Part shown: in pieces, positions 28,810 to 38,508 of the stretch
Numbering within the stretch: position 1 is the stretch's first letter
Layout of the letters: each line of letters begins with the position of its first letter
Assembly: GCA_049517515.1 (NCBI GenBank)
Contig: JBEKSA010000017.1
Span: 13,090-77,089, forward strand
Source of the DNA: Terracidiphilus sp.
Lineage (GTDB): Bacteria; Acidobacteriota; Terriglobia; Terriglobales; Acidobacteriaceae
Direction: 5' to 3'
DNA: 64,000 nt
Notes under the pieces: model-generated
Told to the model about the DNA's origin: nothing
Databases searched by the model: none
The model's input: the letters and a program-made list of their open reading frames with translations, nothing else
Program-made: the position numbers and the translations under genes

Positions 28810-29310
28810 TCAGGAGTGTACAGCCTCATTCGCTTGAAGGGCAGGCACGATTCTCTCACTCAGAACCTTGAGTCTGGCCTCCAACATCACTGCAGATTCG
28901 GGCGTCGGCTGTGCATTCACTGCAATCACGTCCTTTGACGTGCGCCCTTCCTTTGCCAGCTTTACCCACTCTGACATCTCGTCGACGTATCCCTCAAGCG
29001 CCTGCGAGGGAGTCTTGCAGGCGTCAATTACGAGATATGCTGAGGGCAGGTCGCCCACCACCACCCACAACCACTCATCGACGTCGGGCCGGGATGGCTC
29101 GATGTGGAAGAAGAAGACCGCGACGACCTTTCCGTAGCCATCTCCAAAATAGGCCTCGCGTATGGATCTGCACCACGAGAATGTTGAAATGTAGCTCTGA
29201 GCCTTGGAAGCCATCTTCAGCAGATGCCGCGTGTACTCCGTGTCGTCGTCAAAAAACTGATCGATTGGAATGACGCCGCGAACCGGTAGCTCAATGCTTC
29301 TTTGTGCCAT
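28810..29310 (-). CDS. DUF4826-like hypothetical protein
   Basis: WLWVVVGDLPSAYL...TPSQALEGYVDEMSEW pattern. Confidence 0.55.
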   Translation of the reverse strand: MAQRSIELPVRGVIPIDQFFDDDTEYTRHLLKMASKAQSYISTFSWCRSIREAYFGDGYGKVVAVFFFHIEPSRPDVDEWLWVVVGDLPSAYLVIDACKTPSQALEGYVDEMSEWVKLAKEGRTSKDVIAVNAQPTPESAVMLEARLKVLSERIVPALQANEAVHS

Positions 29311-29394
29311 GACTTGCCTCGATCTCAAAGTGTTGGCAGAGCCCCAATGGCGAGAACGGGAACAGCTTGGAGCCAGGAAACGGAATCGGGAGGC

Positions 29395-29790
29395 TCACTT
29401 GCCCGTCGTCTGCTGCGACTGCGACTGGTCGGGCAGGGTCACGATGACTTCGCCGGGCTTGGCGTAGTGCAGTTTTTCGCGCGCCTCGCGCTCAATCGCA
29501 TCGGGATCGGAATTCAGGTGCTCGATCTGCTCGCGCATCTGCGCATTTTCCTGCTGCAGGGTCTTGATCTCCTGCTGCAGGGCGCGGTCCTCGGCGCGTT
29601 TCTGCTGCCAAACCGACACGCCATGCTTGCCGTAGATCACGTGCCATGTGACCAGCAGCGCCAGAATAACGGCGATTCCGGTGCCCGCCGGCCGCCAAAG
29701 GCGCTGCGTCCATCCGAGCGCCCAAGTGCGCAGCGAAGCAGGCTTGGTGCCTGCCGCCGCCGTCTTCACGTGCACATTCTCTTCCCGCAT
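29395..29790 (-). CDS. Septum formation initiator (FtsB/DivIC family)
   Basis: TM helix, YGKHG, coiled coil and DAIEREAREKLHYAKPGE motif. Confidence 0.88.
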   Translation of the reverse strand: MREENVHVKTAAAGTKPASLRTWALGWTQRLWRPAGTGIAVILALLVTWHVIYGKHGVSVWQQKRAEDRALQQEIKTLQQENAQMREQIEHLNSDPDAIEREAREKLHYAKPGEVIVTLPDQSQSQQTTGK

Positions 29791-29828
29791 CGATTCCCAA
29801 CCCCGTGCTTGCGGTCTGCGATCGGACC

Positions 29829-31241
29829 TTAGCTCAGCACGAACTTCTCTGCCGCCGACCGCAACGCCTGCATATCGCGCTCGCTCCGCGCTTCGGTATA
29901 GGCTCGCACCACCGGTTCGGTCCCGGAAAGGCGGTAGCAAACCCACGACCCATCGTCCAGAGTCAGTTTGAGGCCGTCGGTCCTGACGACCTGGACAACT
30001 TTGCGCCCGCTCAACTCCTTCGGATCAGCCTTCAACTTCTCAGTGAACGCGGCTTTCTGCTCCGCGGTCAAGTGGAAGTTCTCGCGAACCGGGAAATAGG
30101 AACCAACCTTGGCAAAAAGCGCCTTCAATTGGGCGCCGAGGCTGGCGCCGCGCGTGGCCACCATCTCAGCAACGAGTAGGCCTGCGATGATGCCGTCTTT
30201 CTCGGGAACGTGGCCGCGGATGGTGAGGCCCGCAGACTCCTCGCCGCCGATGGCGATCTTGTCCTGATCGATCAGCGCGCCGATGTACTTGAAGCCCACG
30301 GGTGTTTCGTAGAGCGGAACTTTGTAATATTCGGCGAGCGCGTTGATCAGGTTGGTAGTCGCGACACTCTTGGCCACGCCGTTCTTCCAGCCGCGTGTCT
30401 CCACCAGATAATCGAAGAGCAACGCGATGACGTAATTCGGCTGTATGAATGTGGCATCGCCGTCCACGATGCCGAAGCGGTCCGCATCGCCATCGGTGGC
30501 GATCGCGAGGGCCGCGCCGATCTCCGTCATTTTCTTCTTCGCAGCACCCAGCAGCTCGTCGGAGGGCTCCGGCGCGTGGCCACCGAAGAGCACGTCGCGG
30601 TAATCGTGGACAGTTTCGACGGTGACGCCGGCCTGGCGGAGCAGGTGGCAGGGATAGCCGCGGCCCGCGCCCCAGAACGGATCGTAAACCACCTTGATGC
30701 CCGACCTGGCGATCGCTTTCAGGTCCACGAGCTCAGCGAGGCGCTTGAGGAACGCAGGCTTCACGTCCGCGGTCTCGAATTGGTCCGCCGTTGAGAGGGG
30801 GCTGGGAATGCCACCTCCTCCGCCTGCAGCAATTTTGTCGATCGCGGCTTCAATCTGTTTAGTCGCTTCGGGCAGCGCTGGCGCGCCATCGAGCGTGGAG
30901 TATTTGATGCCGTTGTACTCCGGTGGATTGTGCGAGGCGGTGAAGTTGATGGAGCCCGAAGTCTTGAGGGTGCGCACAGCGAAGGCGATGGCCGGAGTGG
31001 GAGCAGCCTCGGGAATCACGATGGGCGTGGCGCCCGCACCTGCCAGCACGCGCGCGGCCTCGGCCACAAAGCTCTCGCCCAGGAAGCGTGGGTCGCGGCC
31101 CACGAGCACGCGATGCGGAGCCGGAAGCGTCTTCACATAAGAAGCGATTCCCGCGACCGCCAGCCGAATATTGGCCACGGTAAATTCGTCGGCCACAATC
31201 GCGCGCCATCCCGAAGTGCCAAATTTGATCGCTGTGGTCAT
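29829..31241 (-). CDS. Phosphoglucomutase/phosphomannomutase
   Basis: IKFGTSGWR, TASHNPPEYNG, DGDADRF and GEESAG motifs. Confidence 0.93.
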   Translation of the reverse strand: MTTAIKFGTSGWRAIVADEFTVANIRLAVAGIASYVKTLPAPHRVLVGRDPRFLGESFVAEAARVLAGAGATPIVIPEAAPTPAIAFAVRTLKTSGSINFTASHNPPEYNGIKYSTLDGAPALPEATKQIEAAIDKIAAGGGGGIPSPLSTADQFETADVKPAFLKRLAELVDLKAIARSGIKVVYDPFWGAGRGYPCHLLRQAGVTVETVHDYRDVLFGGHAPEPSDELLGAAKKKMTEIGAALAIATDGDADRFGIVDGDATFIQPNYVIALLFDYLVETRGWKNGVAKSVATTNLINALAEYYKVPLYETPVGFKYIGALIDQDKIAIGGEESAGLTIRGHVPEKDGIIAGLLVAEMVATRGASLGAQLKALFAKVGSYFPVRENFHLTAEQKAAFTEKLKADPKELSGRKVVQVVRTDGLKLTLDDGSWVCYRLSGTEPVVRAYTEARSERDMQALRSAAEKFVLS

Positions 31242-31411
31242 CCTTTTCCCCATGTGGCGGCCTCGCTGGCCGCAAAGTTCATACTGCAACACCGGGCCCG
31301 GATCGGCAAGCCGCTCTGCTTTCACCAGATTGAAACGAACCGATGAGAGGCTTGGCGAGGCCATTTGGGCGTAGAGTGGTGGCAGAATCGTTTTCATTGT
31401 GGAGGGGCCAA

Positions 31412-31762
31412 ATGCTCGAATCTACTTCGTCCGCCCGGATCGTGATGACCACCGTGGTGAGCCCCGAGGAGGGCACGCGCCTGGGGCGCACGCTCGTGGA
31501 GGAGCGCTTGGCTGCATGCGCCACACTCCTTCCTCCCGTTCACTCGATCTACCGCTGGCAGGGCAAGATCGAGTCGTCAGCTGAGACCCTGCTTCTGCTC
31601 AAGACCGCGAGCGAACAATTGCCCGCTCTGGAATCGAGACTGCAGGAGCTCCACAGTTACCAAACCCCTGAATTCCTGGTGCTTGGGATCGAGGCCGGGA
31701 GTCACTCTTACCTGAAATGGCTGCGCGCCAGCCTGGATGCGCCGCAAGGTACCAAAGTGTAA
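31412..31762 (+). CDS. cutA: Divalent-cation tolerance protein
   Basis: LVEERLAAC, SIYRWQG, LLLKT and HSYQTPE motifs. Confidence 0.92.
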   Translation: MLESTSSARIVMTTVVSPEEGTRLGRTLVEERLAACATLLPPVHSIYRWQGKIESSAETLLLLKTASEQLPALESRLQELHSYQTPEFLVLGIEAGSHSYLKWLRASLDAPQGTKV

Positions 31763-31817
31763 ACGAAGGTCATAGATCGCAAAAGGCCCTCTGGTATCCT
31801 TGTTGGAGTCTGTCTTC

Positions 31818-31979
31818 ATGCGTTGGCTCCTCATCGTTCTTCTTGTGTCGCTCGGGGCGCTGCTGGTTGCGGCTGCGGGAGCTGCCCGTCACATTTGGCT
31901 GCAGCGTACTAAGCCCGGCGGTGAACACTCCGCGGCCCTGGAGCCGGCTGAGGAGCCCGACCTGAAAGTTAAGCCCTGA
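31818..31979 (+). CDS. 53-aa single-TM small protein (absent from the ORF track)
   Basis: GGAG RBS; MRWLLIVLLVSLGALLVAAAGAARHIWLQRTKPGG...KVKP*. Confidence 0.6.
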   Translation: MRWLLIVLLVSLGALLVAAAGAARHIWLQRTKPGGEHSAALEPAEEPDLKVKP

Positions 31980-32102
31980 GAATTGTTGCGATGAGCGGTC
32001 CGGCTTTCCGCCGGAAGCAGACGGTTATCGTGTGGTCATACACTGAAAGCTGTTGCAAGATTGAAGAATGAACAGGTTTGTTGCCGAAAGGATCTCCCCG
32101 AC

Positions 32103-32975
32103 GTGAGCACCAAGACCCCCGATCTCACAGGTTCCAAGGGACTGATGGAGATTTCCATCGCCCATAGCCCGGATTCCGACGATGCCTTCATGTTTTACGG
32201 CTTGGCAACCAGCAAGGTACGAGTGCCAGGCTACCGCTTCAGTCACACACTCTGTGACATTGAGACGCTCAACCGCCGTGCCCGCGAAGAGGCCTTCTAC
32301 GATGTAACGGCCATCAGCTTTCATGCCTATCCGTATTTGCAAGAGAACTACATGCTGATGGGCTGCGGCGGCAGCGTGGGCGAAGGTTATGGTCCGATGG
32401 TCGTGGCCAGCCGCATGCTCGACGTGAATGACCTCGGCCGCATCCGGGTTGCGGTTCCAGGCACGCTGACCACGGCCTATCTCGCGCTCAAAATCCTCAA
32501 CCCGGAAATTAAGACCGTTACCGTTCCGTTCGACCGCATCATTCCCGAGATTCTGGCCGGCACCTACGATGCTGGCCTCATCATTCATGAGGGGCAGCTC
32601 ACCTATTCCACCAGCGGTCTTTTTAGAGTGATTGACCTTGGCGCCTGGTGGCGCGAAACCACCGGCTTCGTGCTGCCACTGGGCGGCAACGCGATTCGCC
32701 GCTCGCTCGGCGCCAAAGCGCACAAAGTCATCTCCAAGGCGCTTCGCGACTCGATCCGGTATGCCCTGGACCATCGCGAGCAGGCCCTCGAATACGCCAT
32801 GCAGTTTGCGCGCGACCTGGACACCACAATGGCCAGCCAATTTGTGAGCATGTATGTGAATGAGCGCACTCTCGACTACGGCGCCGATGGCCGCGAAGCG
32901 ATCCGCAAACTGCTGGCTATTGGCCACGAGCGCGGCATCATCCCCATTGCCCCGCAAATCGACTTTGTGGATTAG
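32103..32975 (+). CDS. mqnD: MqnD-like enzyme of the futalosine menaquinone pathway
   Basis: AHSPDSDDAFMF, DIETLN, GLIIHEGQLTY and LPLGGN motifs. Confidence 0.85.
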   Translation: MSTKTPDLTGSKGLMEISIAHSPDSDDAFMFYGLATSKVRVPGYRFSHTLCDIETLNRRAREEAFYDVTAISFHAYPYLQENYMLMGCGGSVGEGYGPMVVASRMLDVNDLGRIRVAVPGTLTTAYLALKILNPEIKTVTVPFDRIIPEILAGTYDAGLIIHEGQLTYSTSGLFRVIDLGAWWRETTGFVLPLGGNAIRRSLGAKAHKVISKALRDSIRYALDHREQALEYAMQFARDLDTTMASQFVSMYVNERTLDYGADGREAIRKLLAIGHERGIIPIAPQIDFVD

Positions 32976-33164
32976 CGCATCCTCGGGATGAGCTGCGTTG
33001 CTGCCTCTGCACGCGATTGTGCCGCATTTTTGCCCCGGAGCAGACACAGTACCCTTTAAGGCCTTGGATCCGCTCTAAGGTCATTGTGCCGGCCCAACAA
33101 TCTTCGCGGGTTTTCTAAATTTTTTCTAATCTTTGCCGATGCATCCAACAAGGAGCTTTGCCGG

Positions 33165-34154
33165 ATGCCTTCGCACATGTCTCCCGCTTTCCTCTTTGCG
33201 TCGCCCGACCCGGCTCTTCTTAGCGCCGTCGAACCGATGCTGTTGGCCGCAGGCGCGCGGGTCGATGTGGTTCTGTCCGCTGAGGCCGCGCGCGCTTCCA
33301 TCGCCAGCGGGAATCCGCCAGGCCTGCTTCTGCTCGATGCAAGCCTGCCCGGCATGCCGATCGGCCAATTGCTCGCCGCGGCGCGGTCCCAGGTCGACGT
33401 GCCACGTTTCCCGATTGTTCTGGTTGCAGACACGGTGACCCAGGAATGGATCGATCGCCTGGCCGACGGCGCGGTTGACGATCTCATCTTGCGCTCCGCT
33501 GAACTTCCCTACTGGCAGCTGCGGATTGATCTTGTGATGCGCGATCAGCGGATGGCGCTAGAGCTCGAAACTCTTCGCGATGCGGCCATCCGCAACGCTC
33601 AGTTCGACCGCCTTACCGGCGTCTACAACCGCGAAACCATGCTCGCCATGCTCTTCCGCGAGACCGACCGCGTGCAACGCATGGGTAGCTCGCTCTGCCT
33701 GGTGCTCTTCGATATCGACGACTTCGGCCACTGGAACTCGCGGCTTGGCGTGGATGCCTGCGACGAGCTGCTTTGCCAGGTGGCGAGCCGCACCGGCGCG
33801 CTTTTGCGCAGCTACGATCTGCTCGGGCGGCCCGGCATGGACGTGTTCCTGATCGCCTTGCCTGCCTGCAGCCCCGCCAGCGCCATGATCCTGGCCGAGC
33901 GTATTCGCGTGGATGTTTTCTCCGTGCCCTTCCGCGTGGCGGGCGAGGCCGTCCGCCTCTCCGCGTGCTTTGGTATCGCCAACAGCCGCGGACGGTCGCC
34001 GGTGGTGGTTCTGCGCGAGGCCGAGAAGGCCCTCGAATGGGCCAAGGCCGCCGGACCAGAGTCTATCCAGTGTTTCGGATGTCCGCCGGAACCCGCTTCG
34101 TCGCCGGTGACTTTTCTCTCCTCGAGCTCCGGCGACGAGCTGCTGGCGTGGTAG
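33165..34154 (+). CDS. Receiver-like plus degenerate GGDEF protein
   Basis: DRLTGVYNR and LFDIDDF retained; the signature reads GRPGMDVF. Confidence 0.85.
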   Translation: MPSHMSPAFLFASPDPALLSAVEPMLLAAGARVDVVLSAEAARASIASGNPPGLLLLDASLPGMPIGQLLAAARSQVDVPRFPIVLVADTVTQEWIDRLADGAVDDLILRSAELPYWQLRIDLVMRDQRMALELETLRDAAIRNAQFDRLTGVYNRETMLAMLFRETDRVQRMGSSLCLVLFDIDDFGHWNSRLGVDACDELLCQVASRTGALLRSYDLLGRPGMDVFLIALPACSPASAMILAERIRVDVFSVPFRVAGEAVRLSACFGIANSRGRSPVVVLREAEKALEWAKAAGPESIQCFGCPPEPASSPVTFLSSSSGDELLAW

Positions 34155-34253
34155 CGCAGCTCTGTCCGAGCCCATCCAATTTGGCCGTTGCGGAGCGCGT
34201 TCGTCCGTTCCGGGGGCGGCGGACGAAAAAGGATGGAAGACGCCGGCCTCGGC

Positions 34254-35504
34254 CTATCTGTCGCACGCCGTCGTCGCGGCTGCCGGTTCCAGAAATTCCT
34301 GAAAAACCTCGTTTGAAAGGAGCCGTCCGCGCGCGGTCAAGCGGACGCGCGCGCCGTCAGCAACCAACAGGCCATCGTCGACTAGCCGCCCCACGGTTTC
34401 CATTGCGGGCGCGACCAACTCGGGGCCGAATTCCTGCCTGAGCGCATCGACGCTTACACCTTCATTCATGCGCAACCCGAGAAACCACGCTTCCTCGAGC
34501 TGGCGCGCCGGCGGGAGCCATGTGGTCTCAGGCGCTGTTGGACCTGCGAGATATGCTTTCAGATCGTCGGCCGTCGTGGACCGCAGCACGTCGGGCGGTT
34601 CTGCTTGGCCTCTGGCGCCGTTCCAAAAGGCTGTTGCATGCAATGCCATGGATGACGCATCCAAGCCGACGCCCAGATACGGCCGTCGCTGCCAATAGCG
34701 CAGATTGTGCCTCGACTCGAATCCGGGACAAGCGAAATTCGCAATTTCATACTGGCACAGCCCGCTCTGCGCCAGTCGCTCGATCGCCGACTCGTACATC
34801 CGGGCGATGGTATCGTCACAGGGCACCAGATCGGCGCGATAGCGCGCGCCGCGTTTGAGCACTTCGCGGCCGAGGCGCGAATCCTCGTCCACCTCAAGCA
34901 TGTACACGCTGGCGTGAGGAATGCCGGCATCCACGAGCGCGTTCAACGACTCTTCCCACGACGCGAACGTCTGGCCGGCCAGCCCCGCAATCAAATCCAC
35001 GTTCAGGTTTTCGATTCCGGCTGAACGCAGCCGCCGCAAATCACCTTCGGCCGCAGCACGATCGTGCAGCCGGCCGCTGGCCCGCGCCTCGCTGTCGACA
35101 AACGACTGCACGCCGAGGCTCACACGGTTGACACCAGCAGCGACAATCGCATCCAGCGTCGCCTCGGCCAACTGCCCTGGCGCGGACTCCAAGGTGATCT
35201 CTGCGTCGGCGTCGAGATCGAATTCCGCTCGCATCGCGGCAAAAAGCCGCGCCAGCAGATTCGGCTCAAGGAGCGACGGCGTTCCACCACCCAGATAGAC
35301 CGAATCCACGCGCCGGGGGAGCTCCGCTCCCATTGCTGCCGCCCACGCCCGCGCGCCCACGAGGTCCTCGATCAGCCGGTCCACATATCGTGGGTGATCA
35401 GCCGCCGGATAGACTCCCGACGCAAAGTTGCAATAGGTGCACTTCGACCGGCAAAAGGGGAAGGAAATATAAATTCCGAGCGCATTGGCGCCGTTGCCGG
35501 TCAT
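34254..35504 (-). CDS. hemW: Radical SAM heme chaperone
   Basis: YISFPFCRSKCTYCNF, LGGGTPS, RVSLGVQS and YEIANF motifs. Confidence 0.85.
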   Translation of the reverse strand: MTGNGANALGIYISFPFCRSKCTYCNFASGVYPAADHPRYVDRLIEDLVGARAWAAAMGAELPRRVDSVYLGGGTPSLLEPNLLARLFAAMRAEFDLDADAEITLESAPGQLAEATLDAIVAAGVNRVSLGVQSFVDSEARASGRLHDRAAAEGDLRRLRSAGIENLNVDLIAGLAGQTFASWEESLNALVDAGIPHASVYMLEVDEDSRLGREVLKRGARYRADLVPCDDTIARMYESAIERLAQSGLCQYEIANFACPGFESRHNLRYWQRRPYLGVGLDASSMALHATAFWNGARGQAEPPDVLRSTTADDLKAYLAGPTAPETTWLPPARQLEEAWFLGLRMNEGVSVDALRQEFGPELVAPAMETVGRLVDDGLLVADGARVRLTARGRLLSNEVFQEFLEPAAATTACDR

Positions 35505-35595
35505 AGAAGGATTGTTTCACGCGCGTCTGCAGGTCGCTGGCCCTCGATAATCTCCGTCGCCGGTCATGCAATGATGGATTCAAGGAGATCCGGTT

Positions 35596-36732
35596 TTGAA
35601 AGCCTGGCCAGTTCTTGCCATCCTAGTCATCCAGATCCTCGTCTTTCTTGCTCATTGGTTTGTCTACTCCACCTGCATCGCCTTTTGGCCCGGACTCGCT
35701 CCCGCGGCGGCCGCCGATCTGCGCGTCGCGATGCTGGTTCTGGCATTCAGCTTCGTCACCGCTTCGTTGCTCTCCTTCCGCTTTTCTAATGCGGCTGTCC
35801 GGTTGTTCTACTGGGCTGCGGCTGTGTGGCTCGGCTTTCTCAACTTCTTTTTCTGGGGGTCGATTGTCATTCGGCTGATGTGGTTTGCGCTGCGAATTTC
35901 TCACCTGGCGGCGAACTCCGCCGCAATCCGCGCGCCACTGGCAGCCACGATCTACACAATCTCAGCACTGACCGGAATCTATGGTCTCATCAACGCCCGC
36001 ATCATTCGCGTTCACCGCGTCGCGGTGCATATCCCCGGCCTGCCCCAGGCGTGGCATGGACGCAAGGGCGTCTTGCTGAGCGATTTGCACCTTGGACCCA
36101 TTAACGGCGTCCGTTTTTGCCGCCGTCTGGTTGCGCTGGTCTCGAGTTTTCATCCCGACGTGGTCTATCTTCCCGGCGACCTCTTTGACGGCACAAAGGA
36201 CGATCTCGAGCGACTGCTGTCGCCGTTCAACGAGCTTTCGCCACCACTGGGCACCTACTTCTCAACCGGCAACCACGAGGAGTTTACTTCGCCTGTGCAC
36301 TACATCGAGGCCATCAAGCGGGTGGGCATCCGCGTTCTGGCCAATGAACAGGTTGTCGTCGATGGCCTCAGAATCGCCGGCGTGTTCTATCACGACTCGT
36401 CTTCGCCGCTGCACATGAAGGCTGCGCTCAGCAGTATGCGCCCCAACGGTCCGGAATCTGACCGCGCCCAGCCCGGAATCCTGCTCAACCATGCGCCCAC
36501 GCGCCTGCCCATCGTGGAGCGGGCCGGCTTCAGCCTGCAACTCTCCGGCCACACCCATGGCGGGCAGTTCCTGCCATTCACCTGGATTACGCGCCGCGTT
36601 TATGGCCGCTTCACGCGCGGCCTTCATCGTTTTGGCTCGCTCCAGGTCTACACTTCAACGGGTGCGGGAACCTGGGGCCCCCCGATGCGCGTCGGTAGCC
36701 GGCCGGAGATTGTTTTGCTCGATTTCGTTTAG
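35596..36732 (+). CDS. Membrane-anchored metallophosphoesterase (YkuE-like)
   Basis: SDLHLG, GDLFD, GNHE, HAP and SGHTHGGQ motifs. Confidence 0.92.
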   Translation: MKAWPVLAILVIQILVFLAHWFVYSTCIAFWPGLAPAAAADLRVAMLVLAFSFVTASLLSFRFSNAAVRLFYWAAAVWLGFLNFFFWGSIVIRLMWFALRISHLAANSAAIRAPLAATIYTISALTGIYGLINARIIRVHRVAVHIPGLPQAWHGRKGVLLSDLHLGPINGVRFCRRLVALVSSFHPDVVYLPGDLFDGTKDDLERLLSPFNELSPPLGTYFSTGNHEEFTSPVHYIEAIKRVGIRVLANEQVVVDGLRIAGVFYHDSSSPLHMKAALSSMRPNGPESDRAQPGILLNHAPTRLPIVERAGFSLQLSGHTHGGQFLPFTWITRRVYGRFTRGLHRFGSLQVYTSTGAGTWGPPMRVGSRPEIVLLDFV

Positions 36733-36767
36733 CGGCTTTAATCCTATTAGTGCGCCAATCTGCAAGC

Positions 36768-38501
36768 ATGGAGAACAATGCTTTGAAACCAGAATATTAT
36801 GCGCCAAGCCAGCCCGTCATTCGCACCAGCCTTTCCGGGCTCGATCTGCTGATGAATCCGTGCCTCAACAAGGGCACCGCGTTTACTGAGGCGGAACGAG
36901 ATGCTTTCGATCTGCATGGCCTGTTACCTCCGCACATCGGAACTCTCGAAAGCCAAAGCGAGCGCCGCAAGCGCGTGCTCGACTGCCACCCCACTGCATT
37001 CGACAAATACGCTTCAATGCGCGACCTGCAGGACAACAATGAGACGCTGTTCTACTCGCTCATGGCCTCCAATATCGAGGAGCTGCTCCCGATTGTCTAC
37101 ACGCCGGCCGTCGGTGAGGGCTGCCAGCGATTCTCCGAAATCTGGCGCAAGCCACGCGGTCTCTTCCTCAGCTATCCGAATAAGAACCGCATCGACCAGA
37201 TCTTCGCCAGCTCCCATTACGATCCCGTGCGTTGCATTGTGGTCAGCGACGGAGAGCGCATCCTCGGCCTCGGCGATCAAGGCGCCGGAGGAATGGGCAT
37301 TCCCATCGGCAAAATGGCGCTCTATACCGCGCTGGGCGGCATCCCGCCCGAGCATTGCCTGCCCGTGCTGCTCGACGTGGGCACCGACAACCAAAAGCTG
37401 CTTGGCGATCCGATTTACATCGGCTGGGAACACAAGCGCGTTCGCGGGCAGGAGTACGACGACTTTGTCGAAGCTTTCGTGACTGCCGTTGAGCGCCGCT
37501 GGCCTCACGTTCTTTTGCAGTGGGAGGATTTCGCCGGCGCTAACGCGGCCCGCTTGTTAGAGCGCTATCGCGACCGGCTCTGCACTTTCAACGACGACAT
37601 TCAGGGAACCGCGGCCGTGACGACCGCGACATTGCTGGCAGCCGTGTACGCCACCGGCATTCCGCTCAGGGAGCAGACCATCGCGATGTTCGGCACGGGA
37701 TCGGCCGGCGCAGGCATTCTCGACCTTCTCATCGCTGCGATGAAAGAGGAGGGCTTGAGCGCAGAACAGGCGCGCAAACGCATTTACGCCTTCAACCACC
37801 TTGGCCTGCTCATCGAGGGCTGCGAGGGTGTGAAGCCCGCGCAGGAGGCGTTCCTGCGCAAGCGCGAAGACGTTGCCGGATGGAAGCTGTCGGTGCCGGA
37901 TTCCGGCGCAATCTCGCTGCTCGACGTGGTGCGCAATGCAGGCATCACGGTGCTGGCCGGGGTGAGCGCGCAGCCGGGAGCGTTTACCGAGGAGATTGTG
38001 CGCGAGATGGCTCGCCACACTCCGCATCCGGTGATTTTTCCGCTGTCGAATCCCACATCGCAAGCCGAGGCAACGCCCGCCGATCTGCTCCGTTGGACCG
38101 ACGGCCGCGCGTTGGTGGGAACGGGTAGCCCCTCTGCTCCGGTCGAAGTGAACGGCAAGCTCATCCGCATCGCGCAAGTCAACAACTCCTACATCTTTCC
38201 CGGCCTGGCCCTGGGCATTCTCGTCTCGCGCGCCATGCGCGTCACTGACGGCATGATTATGGCTGCCACAAAAAGCCTGGCATTGCTTTCGCCGGCGCGC
38301 GCTGACAAAAATGCCCCGCTGCTGCCGCCTATCGCCGATGCCCGCAAAACGAGCCTTGCGGTCGCCGAGGCAGTCTACCGGCAAACGGTTGCCGATGGAG
38401 TGGCCGAACCCGCCAACGAGGCAACTATCGCGGCAAATTTGCGCGCGTATATGTGGGAGCCGGTTTACCAGCCCTACGAACGCATCAAAGGCGCTAGCTA
38501 G
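36768..38501 (+). CDS. maeA: NAD-dependent malic enzyme
   Basis: NKGTAFT, VYTPAVG, DGERILGLGD, QWEDF, FNDDIQGT and LSNPTS motifs. Confidence 0.93.
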   Translation: MENNALKPEYYAPSQPVIRTSLSGLDLLMNPCLNKGTAFTEAERDAFDLHGLLPPHIGTLESQSERRKRVLDCHPTAFDKYASMRDLQDNNETLFYSLMASNIEELLPIVYTPAVGEGCQRFSEIWRKPRGLFLSYPNKNRIDQIFASSHYDPVRCIVVSDGERILGLGDQGAGGMGIPIGKMALYTALGGIPPEHCLPVLLDVGTDNQKLLGDPIYIGWEHKRVRGQEYDDFVEAFVTAVERRWPHVLLQWEDFAGANAARLLERYRDRLCTFNDDIQGTAAVTTATLLAAVYATGIPLREQTIAMFGTGSAGAGILDLLIAAMKEEGLSAEQARKRIYAFNHLGLLIEGCEGVKPAQEAFLRKREDVAGWKLSVPDSGAISLLDVVRNAGITVLAGVSAQPGAFTEEIVREMARHTPHPVIFPLSNPTSQAEATPADLLRWTDGRALVGTGSPSAPVEVNGKLIRIAQVNNSYIFPGLALGILVSRAMRVTDGMIMAATKSLALLSPARADKNAPLLPPIADARKTSLAVAEAVYRQTVADGVAEPANEATIAANLRAYMWEPVYQPYERIKGAS

Positions 38502-38508
38502 GGAATTG

